Below are positions 1-24,123 of a DNA stretch of 64,000 nucleotides, piece by piece. Where the stretch lies: contig NIVC01002864.1 of assembly GCA_002269645.1 (NCBI GenBank), positions 1-64,000 of the forward strand, written 5' to 3'. The number at the start of each line of letters is the position of its first letter. Position 1 is the stretch's first letter. Origin of the DNA: Macrostomum lignano. Its lineage: Eukaryota. Below the pieces are notes generated by a model, which did no database searches, was not told where the DNA came from, and saw only the letters and a list, made by a program, of their open reading frames with translations. A program made the position numbers and the translations under genes.

Positions 1-910
1 CTCTAAACCTCCCTAAGAATCGTCTAAACCTTCCCTAAGAATCGCTCTAAACCTCCCCTAAGAATCGCTCTAAACCTCCCCTAAGAATCGCTCTAAACCT
101 TCCCTAAGAATCGCCTCTAAACCTCCCCTAAGAAGCGCTCTTAACCTTCCCTAAGACTCGCTCTTAACCTCCCCTAATAATCGCTCTAAACCTTCCCTAA
201 GAATCGCTCTAAACCTCCCCTAAGAATCGCTCTAAACCTCCCCTAAGAATCGCTCTAAACCTCCCCTAAGAATCGCTCTAAACCTTCCCTAAGAATCGCT
301 CTAAACCTCCGCTAAGAAGCGCTCTTAACCTTCCCTAAGAATCGCCCTAAACTTCCCCTAAGAATCGCTCTAAACCTTCCCTAAGAATCGCTCTAAACCT
401 TTCCCTAAGAATCGCTCTAAACCTCCCCTAAGAATCGCTCTAAACCTCCCCTAAGAATCGCTCTAAACCTCCCCTAAGAATCGCTCTAACCTCCCCTAAG
501 AATCGCTCTAAACCTTCCCTAAGAATCGCTCTAAACCTCCCCTAAGAATCGCTCTAAACCTTCCCTAAGAATCGCTCTAAACCTCCCCTAAGAAGCGCTC
601 TAAACCTCCCCTAAGAATCGCTCTAAACCTTCCCTAAGAATCGCTCTAAACCTTCCCTAAGAATCGCTCTAAACCTCCCCTAAGAATCGCTCTAAACCTT
701 CCCTAAGAACGCTCTAAACCTCCCCTAAGAATCGCTCTAAACCTCCCCTAAGAATCGCTCTAAAACCTCCCCTAAGAATCGCTTCTAAACCTCCCCTAAG
801 AATCGCTCTCTAAACCTTCCCTAAGAATCGCTCTAAAGCACACCTAAGAATCGCCCTAAACCTACCTCTGAGAATCGCCCTAAACCTACCCTAAGAATCG
901 CTCTAAACCT
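1..910. repeat. 23-bp minisatellite (ctctaaacctcccctaagaatcg)n, ~39 copies, intronic upstream of a myosin exon
   Basis: Direct tandem periodicity. The last unit grades into the acceptor ...ctccctcgcccAG at 920-921. Confidence 0.95.
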
Positions 911-921
911 CCCTCGCCCAG

Positions 922-9474
<8,553 letters not shown>

Positions 9475-11069
9475 TCCTGCGGTCGTGCTGGGTCTTTTTT
9501 GACTTGCTATTTTTGCTACTATAAAGAAGTTTTATCTGTTGGCGAAAGTTATTATCGATACATATCGGAAATATGTTGACTATGGCTCTTATAAACCATA
9601 TATGTTGCGCCAAGTAACTATTGTTCTATTCGTAATTATGGTTGAAATAATATTGCCGATTATAAATATTTTGGTATTCGAATTTCTTTTAGTCGGATTC
9701 CTGTTTCTTAGTCACACAGCTGTTGCAAGTCTGATTGTGTTTTGGACTAATCCAGAGTGCCAGAGAGTGGTGTTTTTCATTTATTTACACCGTCTGGAAT
9801 TGCTGTCTGTCTTGGCTCTGGTTGAGACTTCTCTCAGCTTGGATTGTTTGTTTATGTTTATTCTTGTTTATATGCACATCTGTAAACTGTCAATGTTTCT
9901 GTATCGCTGTCATCTGCTCAAGCTTAGATATTCTCTCCTATGTCTCAGTTCTTGCTTTTCGTATGTTTTTCTCACTCCCCTCCTTTCTCCCCTCTTATCT
10001 CCCCTCTCCCTTCTCTTATTCTCTCTCCTCCCCTCTCCCCTCTCCTCTTCCCTCTCCTCCCCTGTCCCCTCTCACCTATCCTATCCCTACTATCCCTTCT
10101 TTCCCCATCGCTTGTCGAAGATTTACTCCCAGTTCAAGTAACTGAGCTCACAATAATCCTATAAAAAATCTTCAGAATCCTTTTAAGACTACCAGGAGGC
10201 TTTTCTTGTGTCAGATTTGTTAATCTCAAAGTCGCAAATACTTGCACACGACAGTGTCATTCACATAATTAGTATTCGCATCAAGTATTACTTTATTGTA
10301 TAAAGACTTACCAAATTAAATCTCTCTGTGTGCCCTGTTTTAATTACGCGAATAATAATTAACATTGTTGCTTTTAAGCATGCGCAGTTACACTACTGAC
10401 TTAGTAAGTAGTTATTACACATTTTACTGTATAAATAATGCAAGAAAATTTGTGTTTTTATTATAATTAATAATAAGTCATTTAAAGATCATTTGAACTG
10501 TTATTCGAAGTAATCTCCAAGCACAATATTGCTGCACATTCCAATTGTTCTTACAACTGTGTTTTTTGCCTTCAAGTTTATCATTTTTAAGAAAAATATT
10601 TTTTTAAAAAGCCTCGCATTCCTTTGAAACAGCTTTGTTCACAATTTTTTGTGTCAACTTCTCTACTAAAGATTTATTGAAAGCTAAACACACAAATTTT
10701 GTTAATTTATGTGATTCTGCCTCACTCTCACTACACAACCTATAATTCCATTTTTTTATTAAATTGCTGTCTATATTTTTGTTTATTTGTTGTCAAATTC
10801 ATGTTTTAAAAAGCACGACTTCTAAGTAAGCAAATTTAAATTGAAATTACACTGTGTTAACAGGAATATATATACATACAATTCAAGTTTTTTCTCAGTT
10901 TTCTATAAATTTTGAGTATCCGAAGCCTTATGATTCAATTTGATCACTTATCTTTTTTTAAAGCGCAGTTCTTTAGCGGTTCTTCAGCCCGCTGCCCACG
11001 GAACTTCAGGGGGGATTTCAAGCTAAATTTCTATGATAGTTCATGGACTTCTCCGCCAGCTGTCTACAA

Positions 11070-11770
11070 TGCATCAGGGGTTCCCTGCTGAGCTGTCTCA
11101 GGTCCTTCAGGGTTTCCCTGCTGAGCTGTCTCAGGTCCTTCAGGGGTTCCCTGCTGAGCTGTCTCAGGTCCTTCAGGGGTTCCCTGCTGAGCTGTCTCAG
11201 GTCCTTCAGGGGTTCCAACTGAGCTGTCTCAGGTTCTTCAGCGGTTCCCTGCTGAGGTGTCTCTGGTCCTTCAGGGGTTCCAACTGAGCTTTCTCTGGTC
11301 CTTCAGGGGTTCCCTACTGAGCTGTCTCAGGTCCTTCAGGGGTTCCCTGCTGAGGTGTATCTGGTCCTTCAGGGGTTCCCTACTGAGCTGTCTCAGGTCC
11401 TTCAGGGGTTCCCTGCTGAGGTGTCTCTGGTCCTTCAGGGGTTCCCTGCTGAGGTGTCTCTGGTCCTTCAGGAGTTCCCTGCTGAGGTGTCTCAGGTCCT
11501 TCAGGGGTTCCCTGCTGAGGTGTCTCTGGTCCTTCAGGGGTTCCCTACTGAACTTTTCTCTGATCCTTCCGGGGTTCCCTACTGAGCTGTCTCTGGTTCT
11601 TCAGGGGTTCCCTACTGAGCTGTCTCTGGTTCTTCAGGGGTTCCCTACTAAGTTGTCTCTCATTCTTCAGGGGCTTCTCAGCCAACTGTCTGAAATACTT
11701 CAGGTGTTCCCTACTGAGCTGTCTCGGGTCCTTCAGGGGATTTTACGGATCAGTCTCAGGTACTTCAGGG
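11070..11770. repeat. 33-bp minisatellite (ccttcaggggttccctgctgagctgtctcaggt)n
   Basis: Tandem units; 11-aa periodic ORFs. Confidence 0.95.
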
Positions 11771-12062
11771 ACTTTTAATCACATGTCGGCAATACTTCGA
11801 GAGTTCGTCAGTCATCTGTCCACTATAGTCCAGGAGTACGTATGCATATTCATATATACAATTGTACAAATTTAAACAAATGTTAGTAAATCCAAAGGCA
11901 CGATAATTTTTATCTTATCTAAGTTTAGCCAGGCACCTGTGGAAATAAAACAGCAGGTAGGGGTGGGGGTGTTACTTCGAGTGCTTCTGGTCGACAACAA
12001 GTTGCAACTTAACTGAAGACACCATTGGTAATACTTCCAGGGCATTTTTGACGGTCATTATC

Positions 12063-15075
<3,013 letters not shown>

Positions 15076-15464
15076 GCCATGCCATTTTTTGAGAATGTCT
15101 GGCAATTAGAGCGATTTCTAGGTAATATAAAATAGATAATAGCTGCACTACACTACTTTAAGTAGGCTCAGCTGATTCTTTTGCTAGTTCACCAGCAAAA
15201 GCAGATCACCCCATATAGTAGCTGTTTTTTCTAAAATATTAAATATAATTAATCCAAGTTACGAGTTTGCTCAAATGCTGCACCTTTACTTGCAGATGTT
15301 CTTTCGCATCCTCCAACGCTTTTGTGTTTTTCTATAGTTCACTTTTTACAGTTTGGTTACCATTTTAGCAAGATTTTGATTCCTGTCCTATGAAAGAGAA
15401 TTTGTTTTTTTTAATGTCGGTTTTCAGAGCGTCGATGAAAATTTAAGAGGCTCAGTATCGTAGG

Positions 15465-16335
15465 GTAAGATTTTGAGGATGTCATTATCTGCCGGGTATC
15501 TGCCGAGATTTTAAGGATGTCAGTATCGCAGGGTGAGATTTTGAGGATGTCAGTATCGCAGGGTGAGATTTTGAGGATGTCAGTATCATATAGTGAGATT
15601 TTGAGGATGTCAGCATCGCAGGGTGAGATTTTGAGGATGTCAGTATCACAGGGTGAGATTTTGTTGATGTCAGTATCGCAGGGTGAGATTTTGAGGATGT
15701 CAGTATCGCAGGGTGAGATTTTGAGGATGTCAGTATCGCAGGGTGAGATTTTGAGGATGTCAGTATCGCAGGGTGAGATTTTGAGGATGTCAGTATCATA
15801 TAGTGAGATTTTGAGGATGTCAGTATCGCAGGGTGAGATTTTGAGGATGTCAGTATCACAGGGTGAGATTTTGTTGATGTCAGTATCGCAGGGAGAGATT
15901 TTGTTGATGTCAGTATCACAGGGTGAGATTTTGAGGATGTCAGTATCGCTGGGTGAGATTTTGATGATGTCAGTATCGCAGGGTGAGATTTTGAGGATGT
16001 CGTAATCGCAGGGTGAGATTTTGATGATGTCAGTATCGCAGGGTGATATTTAGAGGATGTCGTAATCGCAGGGTGAGATTTTGAAAATATCAGTATCGCA
16101 GGGTGAGGTTTTGAATATGTCAGCATCGCTGGGTGAGATTTTGAGGATGTCAGTATCACAGGGTGAGATTTTGTTGATGTCAGTATCGCAGGGTGAGATT
16201 TTGAGGATGTCAGTATCGCAGGGTGAGATTTTGAGAATATCAGTATCACAGGGTGAGATTTTGAGAATTTCAGTATTGCAGGGAGAGATTTTGAGGATGT
16301 CAGTATCGTTGGGGGGATTTTGCGGATGTCAGTGT
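15465..16335. repeat. 30-bp minisatellite (gtcagtatcgcagggtgagattttgaggat)n
   Basis: Tandem units; 10-aa periodic ORFs. Confidence 0.95.
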
Positions 16336-16918
16336 CGCATCCCTCCCAAACTAGCTTTAATCTCTTTAAATTGAGACTTAAAATGTTATCTCATGCTTAT
16401 GTGCTGAACATGCAATTCCATTAATTTGTGCTACTTTAGATCCATACTCTACTGTAATTATAGTGTTACTATAAAACTTCTTGCCAGAGCTTCAATAGTT
16501 CAAAAGATGTTACTTTTTAGTCATTATACGAGCATACCTACTACAATTTTTTAATAATTGGTGCGGCATGACTTTTTATAATCGTAGATTTTGAGTCTTT
16601 TCAATCTGCGTCATCATCGTTGTTTTCCAATTGAATATCGCCACGCAATTTAGTTCTAAAAAATATCTTAATAAAACAATTGAATTTCCCAGGGAAATTA
16701 TTTGTTCATTTCTTAGCTGCTTTATAGGTAGCTATAAACAAACATGTTTTCAGATCTTTCGAATGTTTATTTTAATGACGAACAGTACATGTACGCTGGT
16801 ACATGCAGTTTTGACTTGCGTTTGTACGCTCGTATACCGAATGCAAGGACGAACCGTTCAATTCCAGCCCCACGTTTTGAAATTTGAAAGAAGCTCTGTG
16901 ATTTGTATAGGCCTATAG

Positions 16919-18007
16919 TGAAGTGCTTATGGTTTTCTCGGGGTGGCCTGGTAGGTCTTTGAATCCCACCGGCTGCCACCAGTGAAGTAGAATGGTGTTT
17001 CTTCCCGGTTTAGGCGCTTAAGATTACCTTACTTAAGACTCGAGCCTCTTCAGTGGGAAGTTCTCTCAACTCTCAGTAGCGTAGGTAGTGCTGCCACCAG
17101 TTCCTTCAGGTCTCGGCCTTCGATGAGGTGAGCTTCCTGTCGGAACGAAATAAACAAGTCAACGAACTCAGCACAGCGTGTAGATTTGCAGATTAATGAA
17201 CAAGGCGTCCTGATCAGCAGATCCCCGCCGGGCTCAGGGGTGGCTGGGAAGGCAGTGTTAGCCTCCCTTAGGCTTGGGCTTTAGTGGGGTCTCAGTCAGA
17301 CCAGTACAAACGGATTCAGTACGCAAAGGGCACTTAGTTAGACACTGACGCACACGGGATCTTAGTGAATTCTCCGCAGATAAGAAGCCTCCTTGAGGAA
17401 ACAAGGGGAGAGGGGTCCTATTTATAGCCGGGAAACACTCACGCACAAGACCTCGTGACTTGTTCTATTTTTAGAACTGACGTCACTTGAGGTCTCGGGG
17501 CAGGGTCTCAGTGCGCGCAAGACCTCGTGACTTGTTCTATTTTTAGAACTGACGTCACTTGAGGTCTCGGGGCAGGGTCTCAGTGCGCGCAAGACCTCGT
17601 GACTCGTTCTATTTTTAGAACTGACGTCACTTGAGGTCTGCGGCCAGAGTACACGCGGCCGTGACTCAGTTGCTATTTTTAGCAACATGAGTCACTACTC
17701 TCCTTAGAGAAGGTAGGGTTCCGAAATCACGTGATTCTCCCGGTAAACAGGGCCAACGAGGACTTAATATCTAAATATATCGAGGACTCAAAATCTAGGA
17801 CTCGAAGAACGCAGAGGAAAACGGGACGGGAACGAAACAGAGACAGCCCACAGCGGAGAAGCTGAGGGCTGAGAACAGAGACGCAGAAGGGCAGAACAGG
17901 CCAAGGGCAGCAACAGACGGGCCAAAGGGGGCGGGAAGCTGACCAGCGGCAGACAGCAACCCAGGGCGAGGGCGAGGGAGACTGCTGACAAAGTGGGACG
18001 CCTAACA
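16919..18007 (-). mobile_element. Putative solo-LTR-like element
   Basis: ~1.1-kb GC-richer island that begins TGTTAGG and ends ...CTTCA on the minus strand. It has tandem 72-bp enhancer-like repeats followed by a TATA-like CTATAAATAG (17418-17427). No TSD was found and the boundaries are tentative. Confidence 0.4.
17418..17695. promoter_or_regulatory. Array of MEF2 consensus sites (CTATTTTTAG x4 plus CTATTTATAG) paired with CRE (TGACGTCA x3) or AP-1 (TGACTCA/TGAGTCA) in 72-bp repeats
   Basis: MEF2 consensus at 17465, 17537, 17609 and 17673; CRE at 17478, 17550 and 17622. Function is inferred from consensus match only. Confidence 0.55.
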
Positions 18008-19626
18008 TCAACTAGCGGATCACTACAATAGGGTCAGCAATCTCCTAAGACGTGCAGACCATGCAGCAAAAGAAAAGGAAAAAACTTTTTTGTCAATTTC
18101 TTCATTACGCGCAGCAGAAGTGCTGGTACACGTAAACCATGGACATGTAAATAAAAATTGATGAAACAGTCAAGAAATCTCTTTTCTATCCCATCTACCC
18201 TCTACTCCCTCTCCCTTCTCCAACTTCAAGAGTGTAAAAAAATAATATAATGCGCAGAACAGCATACACTACCTAAAACAAAAAATACTGCAGAATATTG
18301 ATGTCCTTGTTAGCACACAATAGTGGTGCCTTAATTCTTTGTCTCTCCCCTCGCACGCCAACTCTCTCGAACCAGTCCGTTTAACCCCGACTGCAGCTGC
18401 TTTCCCGACGAAGCCAACCCAGTGCGAATCAATTTCGTTTTAATTAAGCCTTTATCGTTATAATAAATTAATTTCGAACTTTACGATCTCCGGAAGCGCG
18501 AAATTATTTACTGTATCGAATTGAATTGTACTTATCATGAAGCTGTTATTTAGACGGAAGCATAAATCGATCCTTTGCGATCTGAACTAAGAGGAGTTCT
18601 CGGGTTAATTCAAGCTCTTCTCTGCGTATTACCGCGGTGGTGGCAGCGCCATACTATACTACTAGTACTATAATCAGTAAATATTTATTGCATTTCATTT
18701 AGCTCTCCGTAGCGGCTAACCTGCAATGCATTCTAAAAAGACGGCATTATCTTAAATGCTCAGCCAAAACCACGACTAACCCTGAGCCTAAGGAACTCAG
18801 CAGCCGGAGCTCTCTAAGTTCCCCTAGTTTGTTTAAAATTGATTTGAAGCGCCGGAAATCCAGCACCGATTTGAACGCGGCAAATGTCAAATAAACTTCT
18901 TGAATTAAGTCAAACAATTCAAAAAGAATATTCGTTGTGATGACAGACGGATGAATGAATGCGTCTTTGCTTGGTGGGTGCAATGCGCCTTAATTTAATT
19001 CATATTTATTTGTATAATCTAAATAAACTTTCAAGTATAATCTTGTATAAACTTTCAAGCGGTCCTCCTAAGTCAAAACATCCAAAACCTCTCGATTACA
19101 ATCACTGAATCACCCTCTTTTTGCTGAATTGACTCGGGACCCAATTAAGTCACTTGCAAGTGACAAGTAGTTTACATTTTTTATAACTTTAAAGTGTTTG
19201 ACAATATAATGTTATTTAATAAAATTTTTAAACTTCTGTAATGTTAGCCGAATCCTGAATTTTTTAGATAGGTATATTGCAATTAGGAAAATCAATAAAA
19301 CTCAGGGCAAGGACAGGCTATTGCACTTTACAATCTACAACTAAAACTATAATATAAATTATACAATGTTGTTATAAAAGTTAGCCTATGAATTGCATGC
19401 AGGGCAAGACTGCTTTTGTTGTTGATCCAAAAAAATCCCTTTTTAATATCATATTCAATTCATATATAAGTTCTCATTAAATAAGGAACAATTTAAAATT
19501 TAATAAGATAATAACAATTTGTAAATAAGTTGTATATTTAAACCTAAGAAATATAACATTTCTAGGCCTAAGCCTAATCTAGTTAAAAAGTAAGTAAAAC
19601 TTTTTAGTGTATAGTATTTAAGAGGC

Positions 19627-20128
19627 CCATAGTGTGGATCATGCTAAGTGCATGCGAGAAACGACCCAAAGCTAATTCCCAAAAGCACGCCGACGACAAG
19701 CGTATGCACGCCGATGCACGCCGATAAATTAAAATTCAAATTGAAGACAAAAAATGTATTTTAAATTGCATTGTGTAAAACAAAGCAACAAACGATGTAC
19801 AAAAGAAATGATATATCTTTAAAAATGTGTATTTCTCATACATTAATTTATTTAACAGTCTTATACACTGTTTATTTACAATAGTTTTTTTTCAAAAGTT
19901 AAATACAATAATACATATTTTATGTCTGCTTACCATTGCATTGGCAGCTTTGCCACATCAGGTGCCAGGCACGCGGCACGCGGCGCATGCCAGGCACGCC
20001 AGTGTATTTATTGGTGTGCATTATGCATGCCAAATGCACGCCACTTACCGAATCGCACGCCAGTGCATGCCACTTTTGAAAATGCACGCGGGAAAATTCT
20101 CGCGTGCACTACATGATCTACACTATGG
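19627..20128. mobile_element. 502-bp MITE with ~33-bp imperfect TIRs and 8-bp TSD (hAT/P-like)
   Basis: Left TIR ccatagtgtggatcatgctaagtgcatgcgagaa; right TIR reverse complement ccatagtgtagatcatgtagtgcacgcgagaa. TSD taagaggc at 19619-19626 and 20129-20136. Subterminal gcacgcc repeats. Confidence 0.85.
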
Positions 20129-21254
20129 TAAGAGGCTAACCTGCCTGACAAATAAACAAAAATTTACGTAAAGTGTACAAAAAACTTTTTAGGGATTTAC
20201 CTACCCAACCTACAAGGTACATAAAATTTACATATGAGATACAGTGTTTTTCACGTATGTTTCACCAAAATTTTGCAAATCTTTCAGGTAATTTTTTAGG
20301 TGATTTCTTAGGGCCTTTTTATATTGCTTGCTCTGGTTCCAGAACCAGAACCAATTTGTGAAGTATAACTTTTTGTCTCCATAACTAGAGGGAGATACAT
20401 GCTATAAAGTTTTTATTATTGAATGACAATCGTACTTTATTTAGTACAATTTAGTATGAATGACAATCCATACTTTATTTACTTATCACCTTTGTTTTGG
20501 TTCATATAAAAAATATTGATAGCCCTATTTGTGGTCCAATTCAAACAAAAGTTGATTGAAAAGGCTAATTAAAATTGGCTTAGGCTTAAAATGCAGTGAT
20601 TCATATAGAACATTGGCTTAGTTATTAGCAATACAAATGATTGAAAAAATATGAGTAATTTACATTTATTTAAGCTTTTGTATGACGTAATTTTAAGAAA
20701 AACAATGGGGTATGATTGGCACTACCTTAATTCAATGACAATAGGTCTAGGCATATGATATATATTAGTAAGAGTTTCATGAATGAGTTAAAACCAATAG
20801 TAATTTTAGACTAAAGACATTTTTATGTAGTAGAAATACTAGATAGCATGCATCTATGGGTGCCAATGATAAAGCTATAGAAAGTATAAAACTTGTGTAG
20901 AGGCTTTGACTAATAATTATAGCATCTCACCTAGAAGTTATTGTTAGACATAAATAAAAGGTTAGGGATAATTTTAAATCTACTTCTGAAATAGAACAGT
21001 TTATTAATTAAATGACAATGAATTAATGTCTGCACTTGAAATAGAACCTATGATTGTTGGCACATAAGAGTGCCATGCTAGACCACCAGACTATGGCCAT
21101 ATAGACTTCCTATTCCAAGTCTACACCAATATGTAACGCATATTGGATATAGTATACAGTATGCTGGATTTTTTAAGGCCAAATTTATGGCTGAAGGCAT
21201 ATAGCTCTAATGCCTTTGTTTTGAATGTCTACATTTTAGGCATACAATCATAAT

Positions 21255-21374
21255 TAAATACACCTGCCATAATATATAGATATGCAAACTGATAGCTCAA
21301 CTGCAGCAATTGCATGGCGCATCTGAAGGCTGCATATGGCAGTTTAGTCCAAGGACTGGGGGTCGCCACACACG
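21255..21374 (-). mobile_element. SINE family A 3' fragment, CpG-decayed
   Basis: Aligns to ~36945-37060 with many transitions. Confidence 0.75.
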
Positions 21375-21489
21375 ACTCCTTCATACTTCATAGTCAAACC
21401 TGGCTACAGAAAATAATACAAATAATTGAAATTTCATTGCATGCAAAAAACAGCTATACTTACTACTGCTACCAACTAATAAAGTAGTA

Positions 21490-23910
21490 ATGAGCAACAT
21501 TAGCATAAACAGTCAGTCAGCTCAGTCTGACACCGAACTCAGACACCGAAATGTGCCAAGTGCACCCGAATCAGCTGCGAAATCGCCAGTATCAGAGGAA
21601 ATGGTCAAAGCAGTTCGCAAGTTAGATGTGTTCACTAAACTTCCTGAGGATTGTCGAAGTTCTGGCACCGCCTCGGGTGCTGGCATCACCCTGGTTACAT
21701 TCCTGCTCATGTTTCTTCTAGTTTGCGTTGAAGTTAATAATTACATGGAGCGGAGAGTGCAGTTTGCTTACGGAGTGGATCCTGACCATAGTGCAGAGAT
21801 GCTCATCAATGTTGACTTGGTGGTTGCCTCGCCGTGCGTCTCTATAGGCATGGATGTGCTGGATATTACTGGCACTGAGACGCATGGTACCTCTGAGTTG
21901 GAAGAGATTCCTACCGATTTTGAGTTGGATGAGTCATCAAGGAATCGATTCTCTATTCGGCAGCATATGCAGGTAGGTGGGTGAATTTACATTCAGGTGC
22001 TATCCACATCCAGTAACTTAGGGATATTGATTCCAGGCAGTTATCAATATTGATCCCATAGATTAAAAGAACATTGATCACATAGCTTAAATGGATATTG
22101 ATCCCATAGTTTAACTGGATATTGATCCTATAGATTAAAGGGATATTGATCCCATAGATTAAATGGATATTGATCCCATAGATTCAAGGCATATAGGTCC
22201 CATAGATTAAAGGGATACTGATCCCATAGATTAAAGGGATATTGATCCCATAGATTAGATAGATATTGATAACATAGATTAAATGGATATTGATCCCATA
22301 GATTGAATGGATATTGATTCCATAGATTACAGGGATATTGATCCCATAGATTACAGGGATATTAATCCCATAGATTACAGGGATACTGATCCCTTAGATT
22401 AAAGGGATATTGATCCCTTAGGTTAAAGGATATTGATCCCACAGATAAAAGGAATATTGAACCCAGGAAGTTAGCTAGATTCCTTAGCTCTTGCTATTGA
22501 GACTACTTATACAAGTAGTAGCAGTTACGAATCTCCCACTCCAACCGTCAATAACCCCCAGGAGGCCATCAGGCAGCATCATCACGCGCTGCAGAGCGAC
22601 TTATTCGCCGACAAAGGCTGGCTGAACGTACTCGGCTCCGAGCACTTCCAGAGTCCCAACGAGCGGAAGGCCGTCTCGGCCTGTCGGCTTCGTGGCCGCT
22701 TCCGGGTGAACAAGGTGGCAGGAAATTTGCACCTGACTGGCGGCAAGCCCGTCAATTTTGGCGGCACGCATGCCCACTTCCAGGTATTGGACGATGGATG
22801 AGTGTTCTATTTAGCCTGCTGGGCCAATACTGTCGCGTTTTCAAGCGATACTCATAAGTACACAAAATTTGTACTTCTAGTTGTTTTGCGGCTTAGCTGG
22901 GGATTAACAGCTCATTGTTGCTATGGGGTTGTGATCTTGAAATCGATGCATATCTGGGATCAATATCCCCAGTTTCTATGGGGTTGTGATCTTGAAATCG
23001 ATGCATATCTGGGATCAATATCCCCAGTTGCTATGGGGTTGGGATCGTAAAATGGATGCATATCTGAGATCAATATCCCCAGTCGCCATGGGGTTCTGAT
23101 GCATGATTTGAGGTTTAAAATAAATATCTTAGATCTTTGTCATGCCATGCGATTCTGTGGTTTTCACGAGTATCAATATTGATTATTTCTGATAGATCAA
23201 GCTGGGCAGAAGATTCCTATTTAGGTGTCAAACTCAATAGCCTTCTTTGTAGTAGTGAGTCACTGTAGAAAAAAGACTTGATTAAACTTCTTTTTACATT
23301 TGCTGATTGATTGTCAAATTAAATTTCATTTCCTCTCTGGGAGATCTAGGAAGCTGCGAAATCCCTGAAGAGAAATTCAGTTTAATTAGCAAAGCACATT
23401 CTAATACAATCATGATTAAGATAGCTCGTACTAGTCTAGACTAGTTTGGCTTTTAAAAGGAAATTACATTGCCACGGGCAAACCAAGCAATTCGAAAATT
23501 ATTTCAAGGCTTCTGACGCTGCAAGTTCAATTTCCATGAAGTGAGGGTCATCCCCCCTCCCCCTGTTTCTAACAGGCCAGTCACGCCACGGCGTTGAACT
23601 TCTCCCATCGAATCTACCATCTGAGCTTCGGCGAGGATGTGCCCGGTCGCATTAATCCATTGGATTACGAAGAGAAAGTCACCCAGCATGCCAGCACTAA
23701 TTATCAGTACTTTGTGCAGGTGAGCCGATTTGGGGGAATCCGGTTATTATGCTAACTATGGGTTTGGCTTTTTATGGTCCCGTGTCGGCGCTTAATATTA
23801 TCAGTTAAGATCAGCACTTGGGTGGAATTTAAGATGGAGACTTTTAGTTCATGGGCCTGGACACTCAGATAGATAGACAGACAGGCAGGCAGACAGACGT
23901 GCAGGCAGGC

Positions 23911-23947
<37 letters not shown>

Positions 23948-23994
23948 GCCAGACAGAGAGACACTAAGACAGACAGACAGACAGATAGACAGCC

Positions 23995-24033
<39 letters not shown>

Positions 24034-24086
24034 TAGACAGCCAGACAGACAGACAGACAGACAGACAGCCAGACAGAGAGACACTA

Positions 24087-24123
<37 letters not shown>

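Noticed and set aside
1-910. Telomere or subtelomere (CCCTAA-containing repeat at the window start)
   Set aside because: The hexamer is only part of a 23-bp unit, and the array leads into an internal myosin exon, so upstream exons must lie further left.
11800-11825. Hammerhead ribozyme core (CTGACGA on the minus strand)
   Set aside because: No GAAA motif or flanking stems.
18560-18983. Minus-strand coding exons (78-aa ORF and a short downstream frame)
   Set aside because: No homology recognised and the splice phases are incompatible.
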